From Candidatus Nomurabacteria bacterium RIFCSPHIGHO2_01_FULL_40_20 (GTDB taxonomy: Bacteria; Patescibacteriota; Minisyncoccia; Phycocordibacterales; UBA9973): a DNA stretch of 60,733 nt. Under the pieces are notes generated by a model. That model saw only the letters and a program-made list of their open reading frames with translations. It had not been told where the DNA came from and made no database searches. The position numbers and the translations under genes were made by a program. Below are positions 1 to 7,530 of this stretch, in pieces. Location: contig MFTO01000005.1 in assembly GCA_001786835.1 (NCBI GenBank), positions 1 to 60,733 on the forward strand, read 5' to 3'. The stretch's first letter is position 1. The number at the start of each line of letters is the position of its first letter.

Positions 1-1
1 T

Positions 2-883
2 GAAATTTTGTATAAAAATCTGCAGGCGCGATATGAACGCAAATACAGAACGGCGCAAGTTTTCAATGTGAGTTCTATTTCCGGCACCGAATACATTACT
101 CGCGCGATATTGATAGACCAGTCTCCGATAGGTCGAACTCCGCGCTCAAACGTAGCGACGTACACTGGGACTTTCACTCACATCCGCGATATGTTTGCGG
201 AAACAGAAGAAGCGCGACTGCGCGGATGGAAGGCCAACAGATTTTCTTTCAATGTCAAAGGCGGACGATGCGAAGCTTGCGAAGGCAACGGCGAGATCGC
301 GGTGGAGATGCATTTCTTGCCGACGGTCTATGTGACTTGTGATGTGTGTTTAGGAAAGCGATTTGATAAAGAGACTCTTATAGTGAAATATAAGAAGAAG
401 AATGTGTACGAAGTTTTAAAAATGACCGTGGAAGAAGGACTAACTTTTTTTAAAGATATTCCAGCGATTTCAGATAGATTGCAAACGCTGATGGATGTGG
501 GGCTCGGATATTTGGAACTTGGTCAAAGCGCGACCACACTCTCCGGCGGGGAAGCACAAAGAGTAAAGATTTCTTCGGAGCTTTACCGTCCGCATTTAGA
601 GAAAACTATTTATCTTCTCGACGAACCAACTGTGGGGCTTCATTATGACGACGTGGCCAAGCTTCTAGAAGTCTTAAACAAACTTGTTTCCAAAGGCAAC
701 ACCGTAGTCCTCATTGAGCACAATCTAGATATAATAAAATGCTCCGACTACATCCTCGACTTCGGCCCCGAAGGCGGAGTGCATGGAGGCAATCTCGTTG
801 CTAAAGGAACCCCCGAAGAAGTCGCGAATAATGCTAAAAGTTATACGGGGCATTATCTAAAGAAGGTATTAAGGAAGAAATAA
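2..883 (+). CDS. uvrA: Excinuclease ABC subunit A (UvrA), C-terminal part; the 5' end lies outside the window
   Basis: Frame is open from the window edge. Motifs [13 protein letters not shown], zinc module CEACEGNG...[12 protein letters not shown] signature LSGGEAQR, Walker B LLDEPT, IEHNLD. Confidence 0.95.
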   Translation, partial: EILYKNLQARYERKYRTAQVFNVSSISGTEYITRAILIDQSPIGRTPRSNVATYTGTFTHIRDMFAETEEARLRGWKANRFSFNVKGGRCEACEGNGEIAVEMHFLPTVYVTCDVCLGKRFDKETLIVKYKKKNVYEVLKMTVEEGLTFFKDIPAISDRLQTLMDVGLGYLELGQSATTLSGGEAQRVKISSELYRPHLEKTIYLLDEPTVGLHYDDVAKLLEVLNKLVSKGNTVVLIEHNLDIIKCSDYILDFGPEGGVHGGNLVAKGTPEEVANNAKSYTGHYLKKVLRKK

Positions 884-886
884 TCT

Positions 887-2194
887 ATGCAAATACAGAA
901 TCTAAAAAAAATTAAGATTCCAGATAAGCCGGGGGTTTATATTTTCAAACACAAAAGGGAGATACTCTATATCGGCAAGGCGACTTCACTTAAGAACCGA
1001 GTGCGGAGTTATTTTGGGAAAGATTTGATTGCAACGAGGGGGCCACTCATCTTAGATATGGTGACCAAAGCGAAAAGCATAAAATGGGAAGAGACGGATT
1101 CGGTGCTGGAAGCGTTAATGCTGGAAGCGAATCTCATCAAGAAGCACCAACCCTATTACAACACCAAAGAAAAAGATGATAAGAGCTTTTTATGTGTCGT
1201 AATTACAAAAGAAGCGATGCCTCAAGTTCTCACTATCCGCGCTCGCGAGCTAAAAGAACACCCTTACAAACTGGAGTTTGTAAGGGTGTTGAAAGTGTAT
1301 GGACCGTTTACGAATGGCAGGCAGTTACAGGAGGCAATGAAAATTATCCGCCGAATTTTTCCGTATCGTGATGATAAATCCAGCAAGCGGGACAATTATG
1401 AATTTTACAAGCAGTTGGGGCTTACACCGGACATAAATATTCCAAACGAGGAATATAAAAAAACTATCAGAAATATAAAACTTTTTTTTGAAGGCAAGAA
1501 AAAAAAAGTTCTCCAAAACTTAAAGAAGGAAATGAATGCGCTCGCCAAAGCGCACAAATTTGAAAAAGCGGGAGAAGTCAAAAGGCAAATTTTTGCTTTA
1601 CAACATATAAATGACGTTGCTTTAATTAAAGAAGACAACGCGAACCTGAATAATTTTCGCGCCTTCGCCCTCGGAGACAAAGGACAGGGGACCCACGACG
1701 CTTCAAATCATTCAGGTTCGCTTTTTAGAATTGAAGCGTATGATATTGCTCACATGAGTGGCAAAAATATGGTTGGAGTTATGACGGTGGTGGAAGCTGG
1801 CCTGCCTGCGCAGGCAGGCGAAATAGAAAAGAGTGAGTATAAAAAATTTAAGATTCGCACCCAAGCCGGCTCAAATGACACAGGAGCGCTTCGGGAAATT
1901 CTGGAACGCAGGTTTGCGCATAGTGAATGGACGTTTCCGAATTTGATAGTAGTAGACGGTAGCACGGCGCAAATAAATACAGCAAAAAAAGTTTTGGGTA
2001 AAATGGGTCTCCATATTCCCGTGGTTTCTGTGGTAAAAGATGAAAGGCATAGACCTACGGGTATAAAAGGGGATGCAGAACTGGGGAGGAAATATGAGCG
2101 GGAGATATTGCTTGCCAACAGCGAAGCGCATAGGTTTGCGGTAAGTTATCATAAGAAGATGCGAGGAAAGAATTTTTTAGGTTTACGTAAGTAA
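887..2194 (+). CDS. uvrC: Excinuclease ABC subunit C (UvrC), short form of 435 aa without a C-terminal (HhH)2 domain
   Basis: GIY-YIG N-terminus (PGVYIFKHKREILYIGKA...NRVRSYF), UVR motif (FEKAGEVKRQIFALQHI), endonuclease region ending SEAHRFAVSYHKK. Starts 4 nt after the uvrA stop. Confidence 0.9.
   Translation: MQIQNLKKIKIPDKPGVYIFKHKREILYIGKATSLKNRVRSYFGKDLIATRGPLILDMVTKAKSIKWEETDSVLEALMLEANLIKKHQPYYNTKEKDDKSFLCVVITKEAMPQVLTIRARELKEHPYKLEFVRVLKVYGPFTNGRQLQEAMKIIRRIFPYRDDKSSKRDNYEFYKQLGLTPDINIPNEEYKKTIRNIKLFFEGKKKKVLQNLKKEMNALAKAHKFEKAGEVKRQIFALQHINDVALIKEDNANLNNFRAFALGDKGQGTHDASNHSGSLFRIEAYDIAHMSGKNMVGVMTVVEAGLPAQAGEIEKSEYKKFKIRTQAGSNDTGALREILERRFAHSEWTFPNLIVVDGSTAQINTAKKVLGKMGLHIPVVSVVKDERHRPTGIKGDAELGRKYEREILLANSEAHRFAVSYHKKMRGKNFLGLRK
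1800..1819. repeat. Perfect 20-nt GC-rich palindrome GCCTGCCTGCGCAGGCAGGC inside uvrC, encoding LPAQAG
   Basis: Read directly; related copies at 6578-6595 and 40812-40829. Confidence 0.9.
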
Positions 2195-2263
2195 TAAAAT
2201 TTTTCGTTCTGTGTGCTTTAGTATGATTGTATCAGTTTTAGACGGCCGTCAGAAAGTGGTACG

Positions 2264-2758
2264 ATGGAAAATAAAAGTATGAAACAAAAAAGAGAAAATA
2301 TTTTAATATTAAATAATATCCGAAGCGTGGAGAATGTGGGCGCGATGTTTCGGACTGCGGACGCTGTGGGGATAGATAAAATTTATTTGGTGGGTTATAC
2401 GTCAGCGCCAGTTGATCGCTTTGGCAGAAAGCGGAAAGACTTAGCCAAGTCTGCACTTAGAGCGGAAGAATATGTGCCTTGGGAATCTGTAAAAACAATT
2501 CTGCCCTTGATAAAAAAATTAAAGAAAGATGGATTTCAAATTATTGCGATCGAGCAGGATGAAAAATCAGTGGACTATAAAAAAGTAAAAGCAAAAGCTA
2601 AGAATGCTTTTATTGTAGGCGCGGAAGTTACTGGTATCCCCAAAAATGTTCTCAAAAACTGTGACATTACCGCTGAAATCCCAATGCGAGGCAAAAAAGA
2701 ATCTCTGAATGTTTCTGTTTCTTTAGGAATAGTTCTTTTTAGAATACTTGATATCTAG
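2264..2758 (+). CDS. SpoU/TrmH-family RNA 2'-O-methyltransferase
   Basis: NIRSVENVGAMFRTADAVGIDKIYLVGYT and C-terminal SLNVSVSLGIVLF, typical of the SPOUT knot. Confidence 0.8.
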   Translation: MENKSMKQKRENILILNNIRSVENVGAMFRTADAVGIDKIYLVGYTSAPVDRFGRKRKDLAKSALRAEEYVPWESVKTILPLIKKLKKDGFQIIAIEQDEKSVDYKKVKAKAKNAFIVGAEVTGIPKNVLKNCDITAEIPMRGKKESLNVSVSLGIVLFRILDI

Positions 2759-2798
2759 TTTAGCAATAAGAAGCGGTCGCTGGTTATTGCTGAATAAT

Positions 2799-3728
2799 TT
2801 ATTTTTGACACCTAGGGCAGAAGATTGTGGTGCGGGTTTGGATTAGGATTTTTTGGAGAGGCTTACCACAACGGGAGCAGGGGAGGCCGGCTTTGCCGTA
2901 GACTTTGTGCTCGCGGGCGTAGTTGCCACGAGTTTCATCAAGCAGGCGATAGGTGGCGACAGAGGATCCACCGGCACGGATGGCTCGTTTCATGATATCT
3001 ATTATTACATCATGTAATTTTTCAACTTCTTTTGGTCTAAGTGTGTTCGAACTTCGGCGCGGATCAATACGAGCTTCAAACAAACTTTCATCAGCATAAA
3101 TATTTCCGACACCAGTAACTACATCTTGGCTCATAATCACAGATTTTATTTTACCTTTTTTATTTTTCAAAGATTCTGCAAAATACTTTGCGGTAAAAAT
3201 TTTGTCCAAGGGCTCTACTCCTAGTTTTATAAAGTGATTTTCTTTTTCAAATTCTTTTTCGTTTGGATAATATAAAACGTAGCCGAACATGCGAGTGTCG
3301 TTGTAATAAAGTGCGCCCTTTTCTAAGTGAAAAATAATATGAGTGTGTTTATTAGGCAAAGTGGATTCGGAGAGCTCGATAGGATGGCCACCCATAACTT
3401 TTTTGTCCCGATTTTTGCGCGCTTGCCTTGCCGAAGCCTTGCGCGAAGGCAGGTACGCGAACTGCCCGGTCATTTTCATGTGAGCGAGAATTATTTTATC
3501 GTGGTTTAGTTTGAAAATTAAATTTTTTGCCCGCCGTTCCACAGCAACAAATTTTTCACCCGTAAGTCCGTTTGTAAACTCTTGTTTCTTCTTTTTGGAA
3601 GCTGAACGCAAAGTGCCTTTACCTGAAACCAGTTTCGGTTTATTTACCTCTACCTTCAATATTATCTGTCCAAGGATTGATTTCTCCAATCCTCGGCGTA
3701 AATTTTCCACTTCTGGTAATTCCGGCAT
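2799..3728 (-). CDS. mutM: Formamidopyrimidine-DNA glycosylase (Fpg/MutM)
   Basis: N-terminal MPELPEVE, C-terminal zinc finger CSRCGKPL...FCPRCQ. Contains a basic insertion (SRKASARQARKNRDKK) encoded by a GC-rich patch at about 3410-3470. Confidence 0.92.
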   Translation of the reverse strand: MPELPEVENLRRGLEKSILGQIILKVEVNKPKLVSGKGTLRSASKKKKQEFTNGLTGEKFVAVERRAKNLIFKLNHDKIILAHMKMTGQFAYLPSRKASARQARKNRDKKVMGGHPIELSESTLPNKHTHIIFHLEKGALYYNDTRMFGYVLYYPNEKEFEKENHFIKLGVEPLDKIFTAKYFAESLKNKKGKIKSVIMSQDVVTGVGNIYADESLFEARIDPRRSSNTLRPKEVEKLHDVIIDIMKRAIRAGGSSVATYRLLDETRGNYAREHKVYGKAGLPCSRCGKPLQKILIQTRTTIFCPRCQK

Positions 3729-3734
3729 GTGTGG

Positions 3735-3743
3735 ATTATAGCA
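3735..3743 (-). promoter_or_regulatory. Extended -10 box TGCTATAAT, 6 nt upstream of the mutM ATG (leaderless-type)
   Basis: The reverse complement of 3729-3743 reads TGCTATAAT-CCACAC-ATG. Confidence 0.6.
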
Positions 3744-3809
3744 TTTGTGTTTCTATATGGCGGGAGAGTATAATGAGTGCAATATAATTATTAATCAATA
3801 ATTAAATTT

Positions 3810-5714
3810 ATGAAAAAATCAATAATATCCTTTATAGTTTTGGGTGCTTTAGTTTTCAGTGTTTTACAGATTAATCCTGCCAAAACAGTTGTTGCAGCCG
3901 GGTGTGTTGCTAATACTTGGGTAGAGAAAGCTTATTTTGGAGGACCGATCGGTTCATCAGAGAGAACAGAAGCTGCTGGTTTTTCGATTGGCACGACAGG
4001 TTATATAGGCACAGGAGTCAGGGAGTTAACTGGAATAGATTACAAAAAGAACTTTTGGGCTTGGGATCAAACGACGGACACCTGGACCCAAAAGGCGGAC
4101 TTTGGAGGAGTGGCCAGATCAGGCGCTGTTGGGTTCTCAATTAATGGAAAAGGGTATATGGGTATTGGTTATAATTCTTTATTGGCACAGAGTTTACTGA
4201 AAGATTTTTGGGAATACAATCCTACGACAAATATTTGGACTCAAAAAACAGATTTCGGCGGAGGCGTAAGGGCATATGCCACAGGTTTTGCAATCGGCGC
4301 TATGGGATATATCGGGACGGGCTGGAGTGGACCCGGTGGAACAGAAAAAGACTTTTGGCAGTATGATCCTGCAACAGATAAGTGGACTCAAAAGACTAAT
4401 TTCGGTGGCATAGAGCGAAGAGGAGCAACGGGTTTTTCAATTACTACTAGTGGTAGAGGATATATTGGCACTGGCTCCGATAGTATGGAAATAAATTTAT
4501 ATAAAGATTTTTGGGAATACAATCCTACTACTGATGCTTGGACCCAAAAAACAGATTTCGGCGGAGTGGCTAGGAATTTAGCAACAAGTTTTGCAATCGG
4601 GAGCAAGGGATACCTAGGGACAGGTCAAGGTGCATCTTCTTTGTTAAGAGATTTTTGGACATACGATTCTACGACAGATAAGTGGACTCAAAAGGCGGAC
4701 TTTGGCGGAACAGCTAGAAAAGGCGCTGTTGGATTTTCTATTGATGATAGAGGATATACCGGTACTGGGTCAAATACTAGAGATTTTTGGGAATATTGTG
4801 GAGAGGAAGATAATTGTACCCCAAATACCTGGACTCAGAAGGCGGATTTCGGTGGGGTGGAGAGGAGTTATGCCACTGGTTTTTCAGTCGGGGGTAAGGG
4901 GTATATGGGTACCGGCAGATATGGCTCTACAAATCAGTTTTTTGAAGATTTCTGGGAATATAATCCGCTTGCAAATACTTGGACTCAAAAAGCGGATTAT
5001 GGTGGAGATTTAGTGGGAAGTGCCACTAGTTTTTCAATAGGCAGTAAAGGGTATACAGGTACAGGTACAGGGGGAGGATCTAATTATCGTAAAGATTTCT
5101 GGCAGTATGACCCCGTCATTAATTATTGGAACCAAAAGGCGGACTTTGGTGGGGTAGGGAGATTTGGAGCTGTTAGCTTTTCTATAGATTCAAAAGGGTA
5201 TATTGGTACTGGTTTATGGCTTCAAACCAGAAAAGATTTCTGGGAATATGATTCTTTAGCTAATACTTGGACTCAAAAGGCGGACTTTGGCGGAACTGCT
5301 AGATTAAGCGCTGTCAGCTTTTCTCTAGCGAATAAAGGCTATATAGGTACGGGTGATGATTTTTCAGGGCAATACCAAAAAGATTTTTGGGAATGGAATC
5401 AAGCAACAAACACTTGGGTAGAGAAAGCAGATTTTGGTGGGGGAGACAGAAGTTATGCCACAAGTTTTTCAATAAGCGGTAAAGGTTATGCAGGTTTAGG
5501 ACAGAAAAATTATGGTAATGCTGTGATTATGAAAGATTTTTGGCAGTATGACCCAGCTACAGACGCCTGGACTCAAAAGGCGGACTTTGGCGGAGTAGCG
5601 AGGTATGGCGCTACTGGTTTTTCAGTCGGAGATAGGGGCTATATCGGGACAGGACGTATAAATTTATTCTCTCAAAGTTTAGTGAAGGATTTCTGGGAAT
5701 ATTGTCCGGACTAA
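3810..5714 (+). CDS. Secreted repeat protein with 12 Kelch-like beta-propeller blades, apparently two six-bladed units
   Basis: Signal peptide. Twelve repeats of about 47 aa (DFWEYNPxTNTWTQKADFGG..R..A.GFSI..KGYIGTG). Cys-containing junctions at AAGC, EYCGEEDNC and EYCPD. Confidence 0.75.
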   Translation: MKKSIISFIVLGALVFSVLQINPAKTVVAAGCVANTWVEKAYFGGPIGSSERTEAAGFSIGTTGYIGTGVRELTGIDYKKNFWAWDQTTDTWTQKADFGGVARSGAVGFSINGKGYMGIGYNSLLAQSLLKDFWEYNPTTNIWTQKTDFGGGVRAYATGFAIGAMGYIGTGWSGPGGTEKDFWQYDPATDKWTQKTNFGGIERRGATGFSITTSGRGYIGTGSDSMEINLYKDFWEYNPTTDAWTQKTDFGGVARNLATSFAIGSKGYLGTGQGASSLLRDFWTYDSTTDKWTQKADFGGTARKGAVGFSIDDRGYTGTGSNTRDFWEYCGEEDNCTPNTWTQKADFGGVERSYATGFSVGGKGYMGTGRYGSTNQFFEDFWEYNPLANTWTQKADYGGDLVGSATSFSIGSKGYTGTGTGGGSNYRKDFWQYDPVINYWNQKADFGGVGRFGAVSFSIDSKGYIGTGLWLQTRKDFWEYDSLANTWTQKADFGGTARLSAVSFSLANKGYIGTGDDFSGQYQKDFWEWNQATNTWVEKADFGGGDRSYATSFSISGKGYAGLGQKNYGNAVIMKDFWQYDPATDAWTQKADFGGVARYGATGFSVGDRGYIGTGRINLFSQSLVKDFWEYCPD

Positions 5715-5724
5715 ATAAATAGCT

Positions 5725-6069
5725 ATGCAAAAAAATAAAAAAATTCTAATAGGTTTTGTTTTGGTGGTGGCGGTTTTGATTGTTCTTTTCTCTGTAGGTA
5801 AAAATAGTCCAAAAGAAGAGAACCCTTATGAAAATTCAATAATCAGAATAGAGACTTTTGAAGGAGAGGCTGGTTGGGGATATGACATATTTATAGACGA
5901 AGTGAAATATATTCATCAAGCAAATATTCCGGCGTTACCCGGAGTTAAGGGCTTTGAAAGTGAGAGAGATGCGCGAGCTGTGGCGGAGTTAATGGTGCAA
6001 AAAATCAAAAATAATATCTTGCCTCCGGGAGTGACAGCGGAAGAAGTGAATGAGATAATAAATAATTAA
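5725..6069 (+). CDS. Hypothetical membrane-anchored protein (114 aa)
   Basis: N-terminal TM helix ILIGFVLVVAVLIVLF; no recognisable motif. Confidence 0.5.
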   Translation: MQKNKKILIGFVLVVAVLIVLFSVGKNSPKEENPYENSIIRIETFEGEAGWGYDIFIDEVKYIHQANIPALPGVKGFESERDARAVAELMVQKIKNNILPPGVTAEEVNEIINN

Positions 6070-6078
6070 TTTTATTTT

Positions 6079-6660
6079 TTATTTACTTTTCCCTAAAATC
6101 TTTAGCGCTTCGCGGACTTTGGTGTTGGTGTCTGTGTCGGCAGGAATCTTTTTGAGCGCATCGCGAGCTTCATTTTGCGAGTAGCCGAGGGATTTGAGGG
6201 CTTCGAGCGCGTCTAATTCGCCTTGGAGTGAACCTTGTGTTTCCTCGCCGACTTTGTCGCGAAGTTCAAGCAGGATTTTCTCTGCAGTCTTTCGACCGAT
6301 GCCGGAGATTTTAGTGAGGTAGGCGAGGTCGCCCGAGCTTATTGCTTTTTTTAGGGTTTCAATTGTTGCCACACTCAAAATCACCAGCGCGCCTTTTGGT
6401 CCGATACCCGAGACTCCGATTAGCAACTCAAAAAATTCCAATTCTTCGTAATCTAGAAATCCATAAAGGTCCAAAATATCTTCGCGCACATGAGTATGAA
6501 TAAAAAGCATAGTTTCGCCACCCTCTTTTATTTTAGAAAGAGAGTCTGGCGGGACGCTTATTTTATAGCCCACCCCACCTGCCTGCGCAGGCAGGCCAGT
6601 CTCCACAATCACAAACTTTTCTGTTTTCTTGATGACTTTACCTTTTATACTGCCAATCAT
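6079..6660 (-). CDS. ruvA: Holliday junction DNA helicase subunit RuvA
   Basis: MIGSIKGKV...GVGYKISVP, HhH motifs (GVSGIGPKGAL, ISGIGRKTAEKI), domain III. Confidence 0.92.
   Translation of the reverse strand: MIGSIKGKVIKKTEKFVIVETGLPAQAGGVGYKISVPPDSLSKIKEGGETMLFIHTHVREDILDLYGFLDYEELEFFELLIGVSGIGPKGALVILSVATIETLKKAISSGDLAYLTKISGIGRKTAEKILLELRDKVGEETQGSLQGELDALEALKSLGYSQNEARDALKKIPADTDTNTKVREALKILGKSK
6578..6595. repeat. 18-nt palindrome CCTGCCTGCGCAGGCAGG inside ruvA, encoding LPAQAG
   Basis: Read directly; lies just before the codons of the conserved GVGY motif. Confidence 0.9.
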
Positions 6661-6666
6661 GATTAA

Positions 6667-6675
6667 ATCATAGCA
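6667..6675 (-). promoter_or_regulatory. Extended -10 box TGCTATGAT, 6 nt upstream of the ruvA ATG
   Basis: The reverse complement of 6661-6675 reads TGCTATGAT-TTAATC-ATG. Confidence 0.55.
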
Positions 6676-6724
6676 TATGTTGCGATTTTTAAAGATTTCT
6701 GCTAAATTACACCTATGCCAATTA

Positions 6725-6773
6725 CCCCAGTACTACATTAATTTGCCGAATGCGCAAATTACTGAGTACGGGG
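6725..6773. repeat. Imperfect hairpin CCCCAGTACT...AGTACGGGG with inner stem AATTTGC/GCAAATT
   Basis: Read directly in the ruvA/rpsT divergent spacer. Same clamp type as 42373-42402 and 59106-59169. Confidence 0.7.
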
Positions 6774-6836
6774 CGGGGAGTAAGAGTTTCGATTTATTAC
6801 CATTTATAATTTTATTTTAATTTCGATTTAAAGACT

Positions 6837-7088
6837 ATGCCGATTACAAAATCAGCTAAAAAAGCAATAAGAGTCTCCGCTCGCAAGAAGAGTTATAATG
6901 ATTCCCGCAAGCGCGCGATGAAAGACGCGATGAAGAAATTTGAAAGGGTTGCCAAGACCGACAAAAAAGAGGCCGAAAAAATGCTTCCAGTTGTTTACGC
7001 TACTATTGATAAAGCAGCGAAAAAGGGAGTCATAAAGAAGAATAACGCTTCTCGGAAAAAATCTCGGTTAACAAAATTAATCAAGTAA
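6837..7088 (+). CDS. rpsT: 30S ribosomal protein S20
   Basis: MPITKSAKKAIRVSARKKSYNDSRK...; basic, 83 aa. Confidence 0.9.
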   Translation: MPITKSAKKAIRVSARKKSYNDSRKRAMKDAMKKFERVAKTDKKEAEKMLPVVYATIDKAAKKGVIKKNNASRKKSRLTKLIK

Positions 7089-7197
7089 AAAGTTCAGGAT
7101 TTTCGTTTTTAGGGTACGGATATTTTTTTGCTAAAAAATTCCTCGTGCTCGCGCCGGTCGCGCTCTCAAGCCCCTAAAAACAAAAAATCCGAACTTT
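7089..7197. repeat. About 109-nt element with 26-nt imperfect terminal inverted repeats
   Basis: AAAGTTCAGGATTTTCGTTTTTAGGG (7089-7114) against CCCTAAAAACAAAAAATCCGAACTTT (7172-7197). GC-rich core between the arms. Confidence 0.7.
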
Positions 7198-7226
7198 CTT
7201 AGAAACAAATTTTATTTTTTATAATT

Positions 7227-7508
7227 ATGAGTCACTTACTAGAATTTTTTGGAACCGAATGTCCGCATTGTGTGCGGATGCATACGCTTGTGGAGCAGAT
7301 AGAAAAAGAAGAAGGGGTAAAAGTAGACGCGTTTGAAGTTTGGCACAACAAAGAAAACGAAAAGAAATTACTTGAGATAGATAAAGATATGTGCGGAGGA
7401 GTGCCGTTTTTTTATAACGAACAGACTAAAAAATTTATTTGTGGCGAAGCGCCATATGAGACTCTAAAAGCTTGGGCTTTGGGTGAGCCGTTCACCCAAG
7501 AAGAATAA
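7227..7508 (+). CDS. Thioredoxin-fold (glutaredoxin-like) small protein
   Basis: CPHC redox motif near the N-terminus; GGVPFF motif; 93 aa. Confidence 0.7.
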   Translation: MSHLLEFFGTECPHCVRMHTLVEQIEKEEGVKVDAFEVWHNKENEKKLLEIDKDMCGGVPFFYNEQTKKFICGEAPYETLKAWALGEPFTQEE

Positions 7509-7530
7509 AGATACAAGTTGCCCTAATTTT

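Noticed and set aside
1325-2152. Antisense ORFs inside uvrC. Similar antisense or overlapping ORFs lie inside most long genes, for example 22961-23362, 36615-37019, 41256-41591, 45571-46014 and 48562-48906.
   Set aside because: They lie opposite or out of frame within genes that have strong family motifs. They have odd composition (Ser/Pro/Cys/Phe-rich) and no motifs, which is typical of shadow ORFs.
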